From contig OX597823.1 in NCBI GenBank assembly GCA_951406725.2, forward strand, positions 61,752,001 through 61,816,000: DNA of 64,000 nucleotides, written 5' to 3'. The stretch comes from Octopus vulgaris. Taxonomy: Eukaryota. Below, piece after piece: positions 48,904 to 62,460 of this stretch. A model generated the notes under the pieces. The model saw only the letters and a program-made list of their open reading frames with translations, was not told the origin of the DNA and searched no databases. The position numbers were made by a program, and so were the translations under genes. Position 1 is the stretch's first letter. Every line of letters begins with the position of its first letter.

Positions 48904-49135
48904 AAGGCGGCAAGCTGGCAGAAACGTTAGCACGCTGGGCGGAATGCTTAGCGGTATTTTGTCAGTCGTTATGTTCTGAGTTCAAATTCCGCCAAGGGTG
49001 ACTTTGCCTTTCATCCCTTCGGGGTCGATAAATTAAGTACCAGTTATGCACTGGGGTCGATATAATCGACTTAATCCGTTTGTCTGTCCTTGTTTGTCCC
49101 CTCTATGTTTAGCCCCATGTGGACAATAAAGAAAT
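48904..49135 (+). mobile_element. SINE family A
   Basis: Full length; AGAAGGA(T/C)TGGCAAGTAA duplicated on both sides. Confidence 0.88.
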
Positions 49136-49520
49136 AAGAAGGACTGGCAAGTAATCTGAATGCTAAAGGATGAGTCTACATCCAAAGGCACAAAAGGAAA
49201 ATTCAAATGCAAGGGGGAATGAGATTTGGATTCAAACCATAACAGTGAAAGGGAGAGAGAGAAAGAGACAGAAAGAAACAGAGAGAGAGAGAGAAAGAAA
49301 GAAAGAAACAGAGAGACATATAAATAAATAACAGAAGCTGTTGCTCCTTTCATTGGCTCCTGTATCATTATTTCTCCCACACAATAACAACAAGCAACAG
49401 TAGCTGCAGCAATAACAAAAACAATGACTGACAACAGCAATGATTTCTTTATTGGCCACAGGAGCTCATAATACAAAATACAAAGCATTTTATACAAATA
49501 ATAATGTTAATAACCACAAC

Positions 49521-49603
<83 letters not shown>

Positions 49604-49761
49604 TGATGATGATAATAATAATAATCACGATTTCTCTTAAATAACAACAACAATAATATCAATAATAATAATGATGATAATGATAATAATAATGTCAACC
49701 ATTCATGAAACTTTACTACCAAACATTGCTTCTGTTGAAGATAAAGAGATTTGAATAAGAG

Positions 49762-49812
<51 letters not shown>

Positions 49813-50335
49813 ATGACAGTATTCAATAAAATCATTACTGGAAAGTGTTTACTTTCTCCTGCCAGGAAGATGCTAGTCATGGAGCATCATGCTTCATGAT
49901 TTCTTAACTTACTGGCTTTTTAATTTTTTGTTTAGTCTTCTAAGTATGTATCTATGTATACATATGTGTGTGAGTATGTGTGTGCGTATGCGTGTCTGTA
50001 TGTGTGTACGTGTGTGAGTGTGTTTCTGCATGAACTGTATGTTTGAAAAAAACAAAAAAACAAAGTTTTTTTTATTAGCTACATGGACCAAAAACGAATA
50101 TGACAATGAACATTATGTAGGATTGCAGTTACTACAATACATTACAATACCATACAAAAGGCAAACATTTACGAGAGGCTTTCAGACATAAACTCACACA
50201 CACACACACACACACGTGTATGAATATACAGATACATGCATATAAATATATGTGTTTGTGAGTGACTACACATGCATACACACCTATATATGTATCACTT
50301 GGATTTCTGAATTGCCTTTAATTTGATATGTGTAT

Positions 50336-50370
<35 letters not shown>

Positions 50371-50809
50371 CACATGCACACACACACACAAGTGTGATAG
50401 TGACAAGTTTTGTTTCTTCCCAGGTCTACCCTGCTCACCCCAGGTCTCTCTTCTAAAATGTAAGTTGTTGCGAAGCTCCTTTACACCAAGAAACCTGTTT
50501 TGCTCTGACTCACTGGTCCTTTCTCTTATAATTTAACCCTTCATCTTCTAATGTAAGGCCATCTCTGTCAGGGTTCATAGTCTTGCAAGCTGGTGACCTC
50601 ACTTGTATTAGCGGCTCAAAAATAGCTTCCATTTCATGCTGTAAAATGGTTGACATTAGGAAGGCCATCCAGCCATAAAATTCTTACCAAAGTAAACATT
50701 AGCACAATGCAGTTCTTGGACCTGTTGAATCCTGTAAAACCATCCAACACATGCCAGCATGCAACATAGACATTATATATATATATATACATATATATGT
50801 GTGTGTATT

Positions 50810-50847
<38 letters not shown>

Positions 50848-51595
50848 GGCACAGGTGTGGCTCAGTAGGAAGAAGCTTGCTTCCCAACCATGTGGTTATG
50901 GGTTCTGTCCCACTGCATTGCACCTTGGACAAGTGTCTTCTACTACAGCCTTTAGCCAACCAAAACCTTGTGAGTGGATTTGGTAGACAAAAACTGAAAG
51001 AAGCCCATCGTATATATGTATATATATATATATTTATGTGTGTGTGTCTTTGTATCTGTGTTCATCCCACCACTACTGCTCAACAACTGGTGCTGGTGTG
51101 CATATGTCCCTGTAACTTAGTGGCTCAGCAAAAGGGACCAATAGAACAAGTACCAAACTTATAAAAAGGATGTGCCAGGGTCAATACAGTTGACTAAAAA
51201 TTCTTCGAGGCGGTGCCCCAGCATGGAAAACAGATATTAAAGGATGATGTTGATGATAAAAAGTCCCACAAGATCAGCCATTTCAGCTGTGTTATAAATT
51301 GCTATGGAAATGTCAAAGAATCATTCTCCTTTTTGAAGTAGGAGAAACTACCATAATATAACAGTGACTTCCTGGCATTCATTATTTCACTGGTATCTAG
51401 ATATTCATTGTAGAATTCTCTCTTGAATACCATAGATCTACTTGATGATGCTTTTCCTAGCATCATTGTGCTATCATGACACTGACAGAATTAAAAATGC
51501 ACTGGATAATTATTTCATATTTACTTTTGGCTGAGCAAGGAAGTTTGCTTTATAGTCCTTGAGGGCAATGCAAGGTGTAAGAATGGTGAGACAGT

Positions 51596-51663
51596 CAAAA
51601 GAACTAATAAGAACTAGTTTCCTGACTCTGTAGTCAGGAAACTAGTTCTTTTTAGTTCTTTTG
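51596..51663. repeat. Near-perfect 32-bp-arm hairpin
   Basis: CAAAAGAACTAATAAGAACTAGTTTCCTGACT-ctgt-AGTCAGGAAACTAGTTCTTTTTAGTTCTTTTG; 31 of 32 positions complementary. Confidence 0.9.
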
Positions 51664-51953
51664 TATTTGTACTTATGACATGTATATGAAAGGACTGTTT
51701 TTTTAATTTTATTTATTTATTTATTTATTTTTTGGTATCTTTCAGTTGTTTGTCAGGAGCTTAGAGTGTATGATCATGTTTAATCATATATTGTCTTTGA
51801 AGTATTTTGCAAGGAACCATTATAACAAAATTTTGCTCTTTCTTCAAAATGATGAGATTGGATTCAGTGTTTTAAACTTTTAGGCATTCAGATTGTATCA
51901 GCAAATGTACTGCTTATTTATTCCAATTATTATCATTATTATTATTATCATCA

Positions 51954-52006
<53 letters not shown>

Positions 52007-52370
52007 GAGTGAGAGAGCAGTGCATGCCATCAAAGTGACACTGGGGTAAAATATACAAAGCCCAGTATACCCATCATGACTACCCGTCTGATAAGGGTAC
52101 TCTAGGCATATACATCACAACCATATGTGCGCGACATGGTGATCTCATATCAATATAAACAGCACATGACCTTGCAGATGGGGCTCAGTTACAATTTTCT
52201 TCAGGTCAAGTAATCCATCCCACTCAAAAGGTCCCTAAATGAGGGTTGTTTAAGGATGTTGAACGAAACACACATGTTTCGAGAGGGGAATTATTCAAAC
52301 CCCAAAGAATCCCTCTCACACATGGCTATGAATTATTATTATTATTATTGTTATTATTATTATTATTATG

Positions 52371-52456
<86 letters not shown>

Positions 52457-52947
52457 CATCATCATCATTATCATTATTATTATTCAGGACACTTTATTTC
52501 ACGTTGACCAGCTCATTCAGCTGTAGAAATAAGTTGCAACATTATTAGTGCCAAGCTGTATTGGCCTCTGCCTTTTCCTTAAATAGCATCCATTGTGTAG
52601 AGAGGGGAGACTTGTATGCATGGGCAGCTGCTGGTCTTCCATAAACAACTTTGCTTGGACTTGTTCTTCAGAAGGGAACTTTCTACGTGCAATCCCATGG
52701 TCATCCATGACCGGAGTGTGTCTTTACTCTGCAGGGTAGGAGTGAGAGGCCAGATCTGGCCAGTTAGAGCATAAAATGGGTAGAATATATAGGCTGGATA
52801 TGGTCAGTTGTTTAAATGCTAAGAAGTTCAAGGTCCTTAATTTGAGAGGGATTTCTCTTGCATTTTGAATGTGTACTTGTCTGTGGTGAGCCCAGTAACC
52901 ACTGTGATGAAGGAAAAAAATTCAGTCATTTGTGCTTTTTCTTTTAG

Positions 52948-53065
52948 TGAGCTATATGGTATAGAGCTTCCTGAAGAGTATTTTATATTCTTCAAAGAAT
53001 ATAGAAGTGGGAATGCTTCTTCATTTTTGGCTATTTATTGTCAGTTCATAGAAAGGGATCAACAG
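52948..53065 (+). CDS. Candidate internal exon of an unidentified plus-strand gene
   Basis: Strong acceptor tgctttttcttttag|, open frame ELYGIELPEEYFIFFKEYRSGNASSFLAIYCQFIERDQQ, donor CAG|GTTTGG; protein-like composition. Confidence 0.55.
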
Positions 53066-53189
53066 GTTTGGAATGAGTCTACTTTTATCTTGACAAACAC
53101 AAGGAAAAAGCACTCAATATATAATGATGAATACATGTACATGGAGAAATAGTAAATGATTCTCTCCATTGTTTTCTTTCATTTGTAAA

Positions 53190-53451
53190 CATAAACACAC
53201 ACACATACATGCATGCACACACACGCATGTATATATAGATATATTTATATATATGTATGAATGTATATGTATACACATATATGTACATGTATACATACAC
53301 ATGCATGTATATATATGTGTGTGTATATATATGTGTGTGTGTGTATACACACACACAAATATATCTATATCTATCTACCTATCTATCTATTAATCTATCT
53401 ATATATATATATATATATATTTGTCTATATGTATATACATATATATGTGTG

Positions 53452-53483
<32 letters not shown>

Positions 53484-53770
53484 TATATATGTGTGCGTGT
53501 ATATATATGTATGTATGTGTATATATATATATATATGTACATACATGTATATATATAGATATATAGATATATATACATATATATATATATATGTAAATGT
53601 GTATATGTATATGTATATATATGTATATGCATACGTAGATATATATATATATATATACACAAATATGTATATATAGACATATATGGATATATACATATGC
53701 ATATGCATGCATATAGCTACACACACATACACATGTGCACATGTTTGTATGTTTGTGTATGTGTACATGT
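53190..53770. repeat. Degenerate (TA/TG)n low-complexity tract
   Basis: Direct inspection; similar tracts at 14190-14510, 54520-54830 and 63690-64000. Confidence 0.95.
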
Positions 53771-54272
53771 GTGCAATGAAATGTAAAATAAAATATGAAG
53801 TCTCATTGCTTTGAAAGGAAACAATTGCTTCAGAATTATTCGTTATAGGAAAGCTACCTGTGCAGTTTCTTTCACTTGCAGATACTGTTTATCAAAGTAA
53901 ACTAGAAAACCGTGACAAAAATTATTAAAAAATTGCCTCTCTAACATAACGAATAATACAGACAATGGTGGTGGTAGTGGGGATAGTGAGAGGAGATCAA
54001 AAACAATTTTTTAAAAAATATTTAGGAAAAAAGAAGTGCATATAAACATGCTAGAAATCTAAATGAAAGTATGTGAGTATATTATGTATGTGTGTGCACT
54101 CGTATATCTATACATACACATATATACTCGCTCACACACACACACACACACACCATGCGGTTGAGAAGTTCACTTCCTGACTACATGATATTGGATTCAG
54201 TCCCACTGCATGTAAGTTGTAGGAAAGTGCCTTGTGGGTGGATTTGGTTGTCAGAAACTGAATGAAGCTCAT

Positions 54273-54321
<49 letters not shown>

Positions 54322-54521
54322 TTGTACCTGTGTGTGTGTGTGTGTACATGAGTTTATTTGTGTTTCTCTTGTGTTTGCTGGATTGTAAATTTTAGCTTCC
54401 CAATGGTTTCATTTACTTGTAGTCCTCTGTGAATATCTTGGCTTCTTGATATCTTTTGCCATATTGTGCAATCTTTGTAAACAATATGCTGTTAAGCAGT
54501 GGTATTTTTTTTTGCTTCTAG

Positions 54522-54558
<37 letters not shown>

Positions 54559-54615
54559 TGTTCGTTTGTTTTCCACCTGCCTTCGTCTTTTGTTTATTTT
54601 CATAAAGCTTCCCGT

Positions 54616-54646
<31 letters not shown>

Positions 54647-54657
54647 CATACATATAC

Positions 54658-54823
<166 letters not shown>

Positions 54824-55256
54824 GTATGAATGTATAAACTGGAAACAGAAAACACTATTTTACAGCTATTGTTCCCGAAAGTTGCTATTTTATTTTTGTT
54901 ACGGATTCATTGAAGCTCACTTTCTTCCTACACCTTGATCCTTGAATATATATAAAAGTATACACACACACACACACACACACACATCATCAGCATCATC
55001 ATCATCATCGTCATCATCGTCATCATCTAACGTCTGTTATCCATGCTGGTATGGGCTGAACAATTTGATTAGAGAGCTGGCAAGCTGGAGAGCTGCTCCA
55101 GGCTCTAGTCTGATTTGGCATGATATCTGCAGCTGGATGCCCTTCCTAACACCAACTACTTTAGAGAGAGTGCTAGGTGCTTTTACATGGCACCGCATGA
55201 GCACTATTACATGGCACCGGTATGAGTGCTTTTTACATGACACCAGCACAAGGCTC

Positions 55257-55522
55257 AAGAAAAGAGACAACAAAGGAATGAAGGATTATCTATTGAAATT
55301 CTTTAGCCTACAGTTATTTCCACTATAAGATGTTGTGGACTCATAATTGAATACTTGAGTAACACCTTATAGTTTTAAGGCATTTTGTGCTTGAAACACC
55401 GGTGAAACTGTAAGGTGTTACTCAGGTACTCAACTATGAGTTCATCACATCTTATGGCGAAACAGCTGTAAGCTAATGAAGTTCATAAGATAATCATTTA
55501 TTCCTTTGTTATCTCTTTTCTT
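55257..55522. repeat. ~120-bp-arm imperfect inverted repeat with decayed hammerhead-like motif
   Basis: AAGAAAAGAGACAACAAAGGAAT...GAGTAACACCTTATAGTTT versus AAACTGTAAGGTGTTACTC...ATTCCTTTGTTATCTCTTTTCTT. Confidence 0.82.
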
Positions 55523-55609
55523 ATTACTGCTCTGTACTTGACTAACATTTCATTCCAAAGCATACATTTATTGAGTTCTAGGTTATTAGTATTGCAATGC
55601 CTAAATGTG

Positions 55610-55671
<62 letters not shown>

Positions 55672-55723
55672 TATAATTTCTTAAGTATACCCATATACCT
55701 ATTTGTCCAAATTATTAAATATA

Positions 55724-55893
55724 CTCTTTTACTTGTTTCAGTTATTTGACTGTGGCCATGGTGGAGCACCGCCTTTAGTTGAGCAAATCAACCCCAGGAC
55801 GTATTCTTTGTAAGCCTAGTACTTATTCTATCGGTCTCTTTTGTCAAGCAATGTTTGGGGTACAAACACAGACACACAAACATATACACACAC

Positions 55894-55979
<86 letters not shown>

Positions 55980-56135
55980 CAGACTTCTTTCAGTTTCCGT
56001 CAACCAAACCCACTCACAAGGCTTTGGTCAGCTCAAGGCTATAGTAGAAGACACTTGCCCTAGGTGCCACACAGTGGGATTGAACCTGGAACCATGTGGT
56101 TGGTAAGCAAGCTACTTACTACACAGCCACTCCTA
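55724..56135 (-). mobile_element. SINE family B
   Basis: Matches 5179-5578 with an internal deletion. Confidence 0.85.
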
Positions 56136-56410
56136 CGTCTATATGTATATATCTTTTAAATTTGTTTACAGGAAACATTTTGAATATACAATTGAAGCTC
56201 CTATTCCATTATACTAGCCACAGTCTAATGATGCTGGCTCAAGGACCAGTATTTGAGGGTTGTATCAAGCTGTACCAATATAATGTGGAATAAATATAAT
56301 AACAATAATAACAATAATCTTTGGATGGAATTTTAAAACATTCAATGTATCACATTAAATGTTTATAAATTCCATCCAAAGATTATCATTGTTATTGATA
56401 TATATATATA

Positions 56411-56460
<50 letters not shown>

Positions 56461-56461
<1 letters not shown>

Positions 56462-57729
56462 TGGGTAATCAAATAAATAATGCATATTTTATACTTCTTT
56501 TATTTTTCAAAATTAAGATAAACAAAATTTTTTAAAATTTAAAATATACTCTCCTTCATTTTCTACAGTACTCTGCCATCTATCTGGTAGACTTGCAAGA
56601 CCCTACTTCCAAAATTCACTTGTCTATGACGAAAAACACTCCTCCTGTGTTGTTCTCACCTTAGCTACAGAATTCATATTTTTCTATCCAAATGATTTTG
56701 AAAGCTGCTGAATAAATGATAATGAGATGGGGCAATCTCCTGTGAATATGGTGAATGGGGCATCGTTTCCCATTCAAACTGCTCCACCCTTTGGAATGTC
56801 ATCCTCACTGTATGTGACTGAGTATTATCCTGTTGGAAGAACACCTTTCATCTTGAAACCAAAGATGGTCATTTTTCTTCAAACACTGATTTGAGCTGCT
56901 GAAGCTGCTCACAGCAGATCTCCTTTGTTATTTTGATTAGGGTTTAAATGTTCAAAGTGGACTAAACCTTTCATATCCAACCAAACAGATAACAATACCT
57001 TTTCATGGGTGAAAACCTTTAGCCTGGGGTGCCAATGTTTCTCCTTTCCCGCCCCACTGTCGCAGCACTTGACATTTTTATAGAGAACCCATTTCTCACA
57101 ACCAGTCACTATTCCATCCAAAAAGGGTTCACTTGTGTGACATGACAGCAAAGAAGAGCGCACATTCCCTCTCTACATGCGATTAGACTTGGAAGATTTG
57201 TGAGAAACCCATTGACCCAATTTGCTGACTTTTTCAATGGCACGCAGGTGTCAATGAATGGTTGAATGACCAAATCTGCTGGTTCCTCAACAGTTACAAT
57301 GGGATTTTGTTTCACCAGGGTTTACAGTACACCCTCATCAAGCTCTACAGATAATCCAGGATGAAACTCATCTTCTAGGCTGTAGTTTCCAGCTCAAAAT
57401 TTCTTGAACCACTTTTGACACTGGCTTATATTTATTGTCCAATCCCCATATACTGCAATAATATTCTGTGCACTTTTCATTGCATTGTTGCCTTTATTGA
57501 ACTCATGTAAAAAAATGTGCTGAATTAGCTCCTTTGCCACTTCCATTATAGCTTTGGAAAAATAGCGGTTAAAATCGAACTGCACTCTTTGAAACTTGCA
57601 CTAAGAATAAGCACAAGGTAAAATTACTACCTGCTTTTACAGCAGGTTGATGCAGGTACTTTATCCCATCCCCTTCTAACTTTCAGCTCATGTAATTGAA
57701 AAAACTGCATTATTTATGGGATGACCCAA
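56461..57729 (-). mobile_element. Mariner transposon, full length, defective
   Basis: TA-flanked TIRs TTGGGTAATCAAATAAATAATGCA / TGCATTATTTATGGGATGACCCAA; 1.27 kb; FLDGIVTGCEKWVLY, KVLLSVWLDMKGLVHFE. Confidence 0.9.
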
Positions 57730-58409
57730 TATATATATTTATATATATATTGATCAGGTTTCTGTATAGTACCTGTCTGCCAAATTCACCTACAAGGCAT
57801 TTGTTGATCCAAGGTTATATATAATAGAAGACAGTTGCCCAAAGTGTCACATAGGAGAACTGAACCTGAAACCACATGGTTGTAAACTTCAGTCCATGCA
57901 ACTACCTTTAGTCCATGCAACTGCTTTCAGTCTTGACCACTATCTTTAGCCCTGACTATTTTTTTCTGCTTCATGTTGAATTGCCATCTTCAACCCAGAA
58001 CTGTACAATTGTCCCTGAACACTACCTTTATGCATGACTCAGTTTCTACCCACCCAATTCAGTCTAGTTACAGAAACAAAATTGTCAAGTATACAAGGTG
58101 TGGAACTACCAATTCATTCAGCTCTTGAGTTCCTTTTAACTGCAGGAAATCAGTTGCATCATTGGGAAATCACAATTCGGCTATGTCAGTTTTTCTATCT
58201 ATGGTGAACATACACCAGAACTTCTGGAGAATTTTATTGTGATAGACTGTTCTCTTAACCTGAGAAGATGCATCTTACATCGAATTAAGGTTATAAAACT
58301 AAAGCCATCAATGCTATAGCTCCTCCAGAGATCTTGGGGGTGAGATCAATAACAATTGCTGCTTGTCTTTTTCAATTTGTTTCGTGTTTCATTTTTAAGT
58401 ACAGGAAGG

Positions 58410-58700
58410 CACAACAAAGTGCAAATGTATTGAGAGAAAAGTTGGGCATAAGAGGAATCAAATGTAGCATTGAAGAGAGAGGCTACGTTGGTTTGGACAT
58501 GTGATTTGAACATACGAATGAGGACAGCTGCATAAAGAAGTGCCGGTCACTGAAAGTGGATGGTACCTGCGGGAGAGGAAGACCCAGGAAGACATAGAAT
58601 GAAGTTGTAAGGACTAATCTCAGGATACTGGGCCTCACGGAGGAAATGACAATGGACTGAGATATCTAGCAATATGAGGTTCTTGAGAAGACCTGCCCCC
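58410..58700 (+). pseudogene. RTE LINE C-terminal relic
   Basis: LREKLGIRGIKCSIEERRLRWFGHV, GRGRPRKT. Confidence 0.78.
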
Positions 58701-58869
58701 ATATTAGTGAAACTGAGTTCTAGAAGTGCTGTGTCCCACCTACACTTAAGAAAACTTCCCACACATTCTACTACAATTTATCAGACTACATCTCAACATC
58801 TCTTCACTTCCTCACATTTCCACTTCATGCACTATGCCTACCTTCCACTTGCCAATCCTGCCCTCTTGG

Positions 58870-58989
58870 CCCTGTCCCACTGCATCATTGCTCTCTGCTA
58901 ACCCCAGACTTGTGTGTTCCACCCACATGCCCTGTCTCACTGTATCATTGATATCTGCTAGCCCCTGACCTGTGTGTTCCACCCACATG
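58870..58989. repeat. 60-bp tandem duplication
   Basis: CCCTGTC.CACTG.ATCATTG.T.TCTGCTA.CCCC.GAC.TGTGTGTTCCACCCACATG twice. Confidence 0.85.
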
Positions 58990-59164
58990 TAACAAGAAAA
59001 CTTTTCACACACCCTACCCCAACAAACCAACCTACATTTCTACATACCTTCCCTTCCTCACATTTTCTTCTTCATACACTATGCCTCCCTCTCACTCCCC
59101 AATCCTGTCCTCACAGCCCTTTGAGTATGCCTTGCACTTTGCCACCATCTCTATCCTGTTGTCT

Positions 59165-59203
<39 letters not shown>

Positions 59204-59643
59204 TTCCCTGCACTTCCCTCAAGTTGGGTACCCATGTATTTCCTTTGTGGAAGTACGTCAGTTTCCATCCTCATTCCTCTTCTCTCTCTCTCCCCCCTCC
59301 CAGCCAGCTAACTTTCTTGTACCTCTTCTACAGCAAAACACCTGTTTCTGTCTCTCTGTCTCACTATAACCTTTCATCATCTAACACAAGATCACCTCCT
59401 CAGATGCCCCTCCCTTCTCAAAAGAGAGTTTTTTTTGCATAGCAAGTTATTCGGTGACCCTGTCAGTGTAGATGTCACTTAAAAGCACCCAGTCTACACT
59501 GTAATGTTTTTGGCATTTGGAAGGGCATCCAGCTGTAAAAACCTTGCCAAAATTGACCCTGCCTGTGCTTGTGCCACATTCAAAGCTTACACTGGGTACA
59601 TCTTATGGAGTGTCTACCTATGCCTTTTCTACAGATCAAGCAA

Positions 59644-60005
59644 GGCTACCTACCAGAAGGGATTTGTGGTTTGTCTGCCTTCCTACTTATTAAGACTTTT
59701 GTTTTTGCTATATTGACTCTAAGGCCCTTCGACTCTAGACCAAACTTCCACACCTGAAACTTCTCCTCTAGTTCTGCTAGTGACTCAGCTATTAAGGCAA
59801 GGTCATCAGCATAGAGAAGCTCCCAGGGCCATCCTGTCTTGAATTCCTCTGTTATTGCCTGGAGGACTATGATGAATAACACATCCTTGGTGAACCCCTA
59901 CTCCTACCCGGAATTCTTCACTGTACTCATCGCCAACCCTCACCATGCAGACAGCATCCCTGTACATGGCTTGTACAGCTCTCACTAACCACTCATCTAT
60001 TCCTA
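59644..60005 (-). pseudogene. RTE LINE reverse transcriptase fragment
   Basis: LVRAVQAMY...SEEFRVGVGVHQG, PWELLYADDLALIAES...GLRVNIAKTKVL. Confidence 0.88.
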
Positions 60006-60073
60006 GTTTATCATATATATTTATCATCATAGAACAATGGCATTTCTGGTAACACATCAAAGTGCCTATTTTT

Positions 60074-60302
60074 CTTATTTCTTTATTGCCCACAAGGGTC
60101 TAAATGCAGTGGGGGCAAACAAGGACAGACAAAGGGATTAAGTTTATTACATTGACCTTAGTTTGTAACTGGTATTTAATTTATTGACCCTGAAAGGATA
60201 AAAGGCAAAGTCGACCTCGGCGGAATTTGAACTTAGAATGTAACAGCAGACGAAATTCCACTAAGCATTTTGCCCGGTGTGCTAATGTTTCTGCCAGTTG
60301 CT
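60074..60302 (-). mobile_element. SINE family A
   Basis: Reverse complement of the family-A sequence; TG(C/T)CTATTTTTCT flanking duplication. Confidence 0.85.
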
Positions 60303-60799
60303 GTCTATTTTTCTGTCATCTCAAATGATTAACATGTGGGCTCTTTATTGCTCAAAATCTCCTTAAAGAAAAAATACAACCTGTTTTCTTAGAAATGGGT
60401 AAGTCACATTGGATAATGTAGTTTCTGGATATATTCTTAAAAAAAGGCTTGATGGTCACAATATGAATGCTTTTGATCTGAGCTGTATTCAAATCGTGGC
60501 TGACCTGGGGGAAAACAACAACAATAACATGAACTGCTTTCAGTGAGAATAGCAACAAGAGATTTGAAAGGAAAAGCGTCAATTGTCTCCGTCTAAAAAA
60601 AGGAAAAAATAAGAGATAACCATTAGGAAACAACAAAGGAAGGAAGAAGTTATTGTATATGCATTGATACAGAATGAAAACGCTGAAATTAATTTTAAAA
60701 TAATGTCTTTCATTCTCCTTCATTTCTTATTCATAGTGCTGAAGTAAAAGTAGAAATATTTTTAAACATTCATTTACTTTATTCAATAATCTACTTCAG

Positions 60800-60857
60800 C
60801 CTGCAGCATTTGTCTCTGGACGCAATATGACCTTGGCCATCTTCCAAAGATTTGCAG
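60800..60857 (+). CDS. Candidate small exon
   Basis: ctacttcag| PAAFVSGRNMTLAIFQRFA |gtcagt; phase-compatible with the 52948-53065 exon. Confidence 0.35.
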
Positions 60858-62400
60858 GTCAGTTCTTGCTGTATGAGAAATAATGGAAACAAAACTTTGT
60901 TAATCTAAATCTTTTTTTGCTGCATTTGTATGTATAAATCTTGTAATGTGTTTGTGCATATAAACCTTTATATGTGTTTGTGTGTGTAAAAATGCATGTA
61001 AAAACGTGTAAAGTGCTTGCATATATATATAAAAATGTGTATATGCATATAAAAATGTAAGTAAAATTGAAAGTATTTAAAAGGTATATACATATGTAAA
61101 AATATATATATGTGTATCTGTCTATGTATCATATTTAATGTATATACACCATTGATAGCACAGTACTGCAGTATTTATCCTGAGATAACATCAGTTGTGG
61201 ACTTGATGTGTTAAAAACGCAATAAATATTAGAGAGCAGCAAATATTCATCCCAGCAGTGACTAGCAAGAACACAGATGTCTTTCAGCCTTTTTAGATCT
61301 TTTTAATCGAGCCTTCTGAAAGCCAACCACAAAAGGCTCAGACTTTTGTTGGGTTTTTAACTCAGCAAGTCCATAGAAGATGTTATTTCGTGACAAATAC
61401 TACAGTAACTAGCCTATCAATGGTGTGCATACATTAAGTATGGTACATAGATTGCTATTTTAATTAGATACCACCTCAACTGAATGTGTGTATGTACGCA
61501 GAATCTGTATATAAATGTCTCTTAAGGTCTGAAAAACCTTCACAAATCTGTGTTTTTGCTCCATCTTAAGGGTTGGTGCTAAACCTCAGTTTAACGGTTA
61601 CAAATTAATTCTAGTTTAAGGGTTAGTGTTTAGTTTTCATTTAGAGTTTGTGTTTAGCTTCAGTTTAATGCTTTGTGTTTACTTCCTTTCTAAGAGTTAT
61701 AGTTTGGCTCTGGTTTTAGAGTTGTTACATACCTCAAGACTACAACTTGATGCTTAGTTTGCAATTCAAACACTTAGAAGCTGTGGAGTTTGGTTACGTA
61801 AATAAGACAAGGGACTTTTAGATACCACTTAATTGTCTTAGATTCATCACAGTAAAGTTCTGAACATTAATTTGAGTGGGAGTATTGGATAGTTCAGAGT
61901 ACAATGGTTTTGTGAAGTACCCTCCATAAGGCTGTGGCTACAGTACTGAAAGAAGATAGTGACAGTGGCTACACTATTAAAGTCATTAATTTCTTATGTT
62001 TAATTTTATTTCATTCCTGATTTACACTGTGTTGTATATAAAATAGATGTATTTATCTTAATAACTATCAAAAGCACAGATGTGCATCATCAGGCTAATT
62101 CATTATGACTGTTTTATACAGCAGCTGACCTATGATATAGATTATGGAAATAAGTTAACTTCATTTTCTCTGAAGAGCAGTCAACAAACCTTGAAACAGT
62201 CCATCGAAAAACTCCCTTACTTTATTTTTCCCATATCAGTAGCATAAAAAGAATGAGTTTACATTCTTATTTAACACACAATGAGGCTTTGTAATGTTTA
62301 GATTTATTTCAGTTCTCCTGATTTATGGTATGTTGGGCATAGAATATAAATGTATTTATACATATAGACATAAGTGTGTATACACACGCACACACACACA

Positions 62401-62460
<60 letters not shown>

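Noticed and set aside
60352-60723. 123-aa minus-strand ORF
   Set aside because: Low-complexity, F/L-rich N-terminal half from AT-rich DNA; splice signals conflict between strands and no homology recognised.
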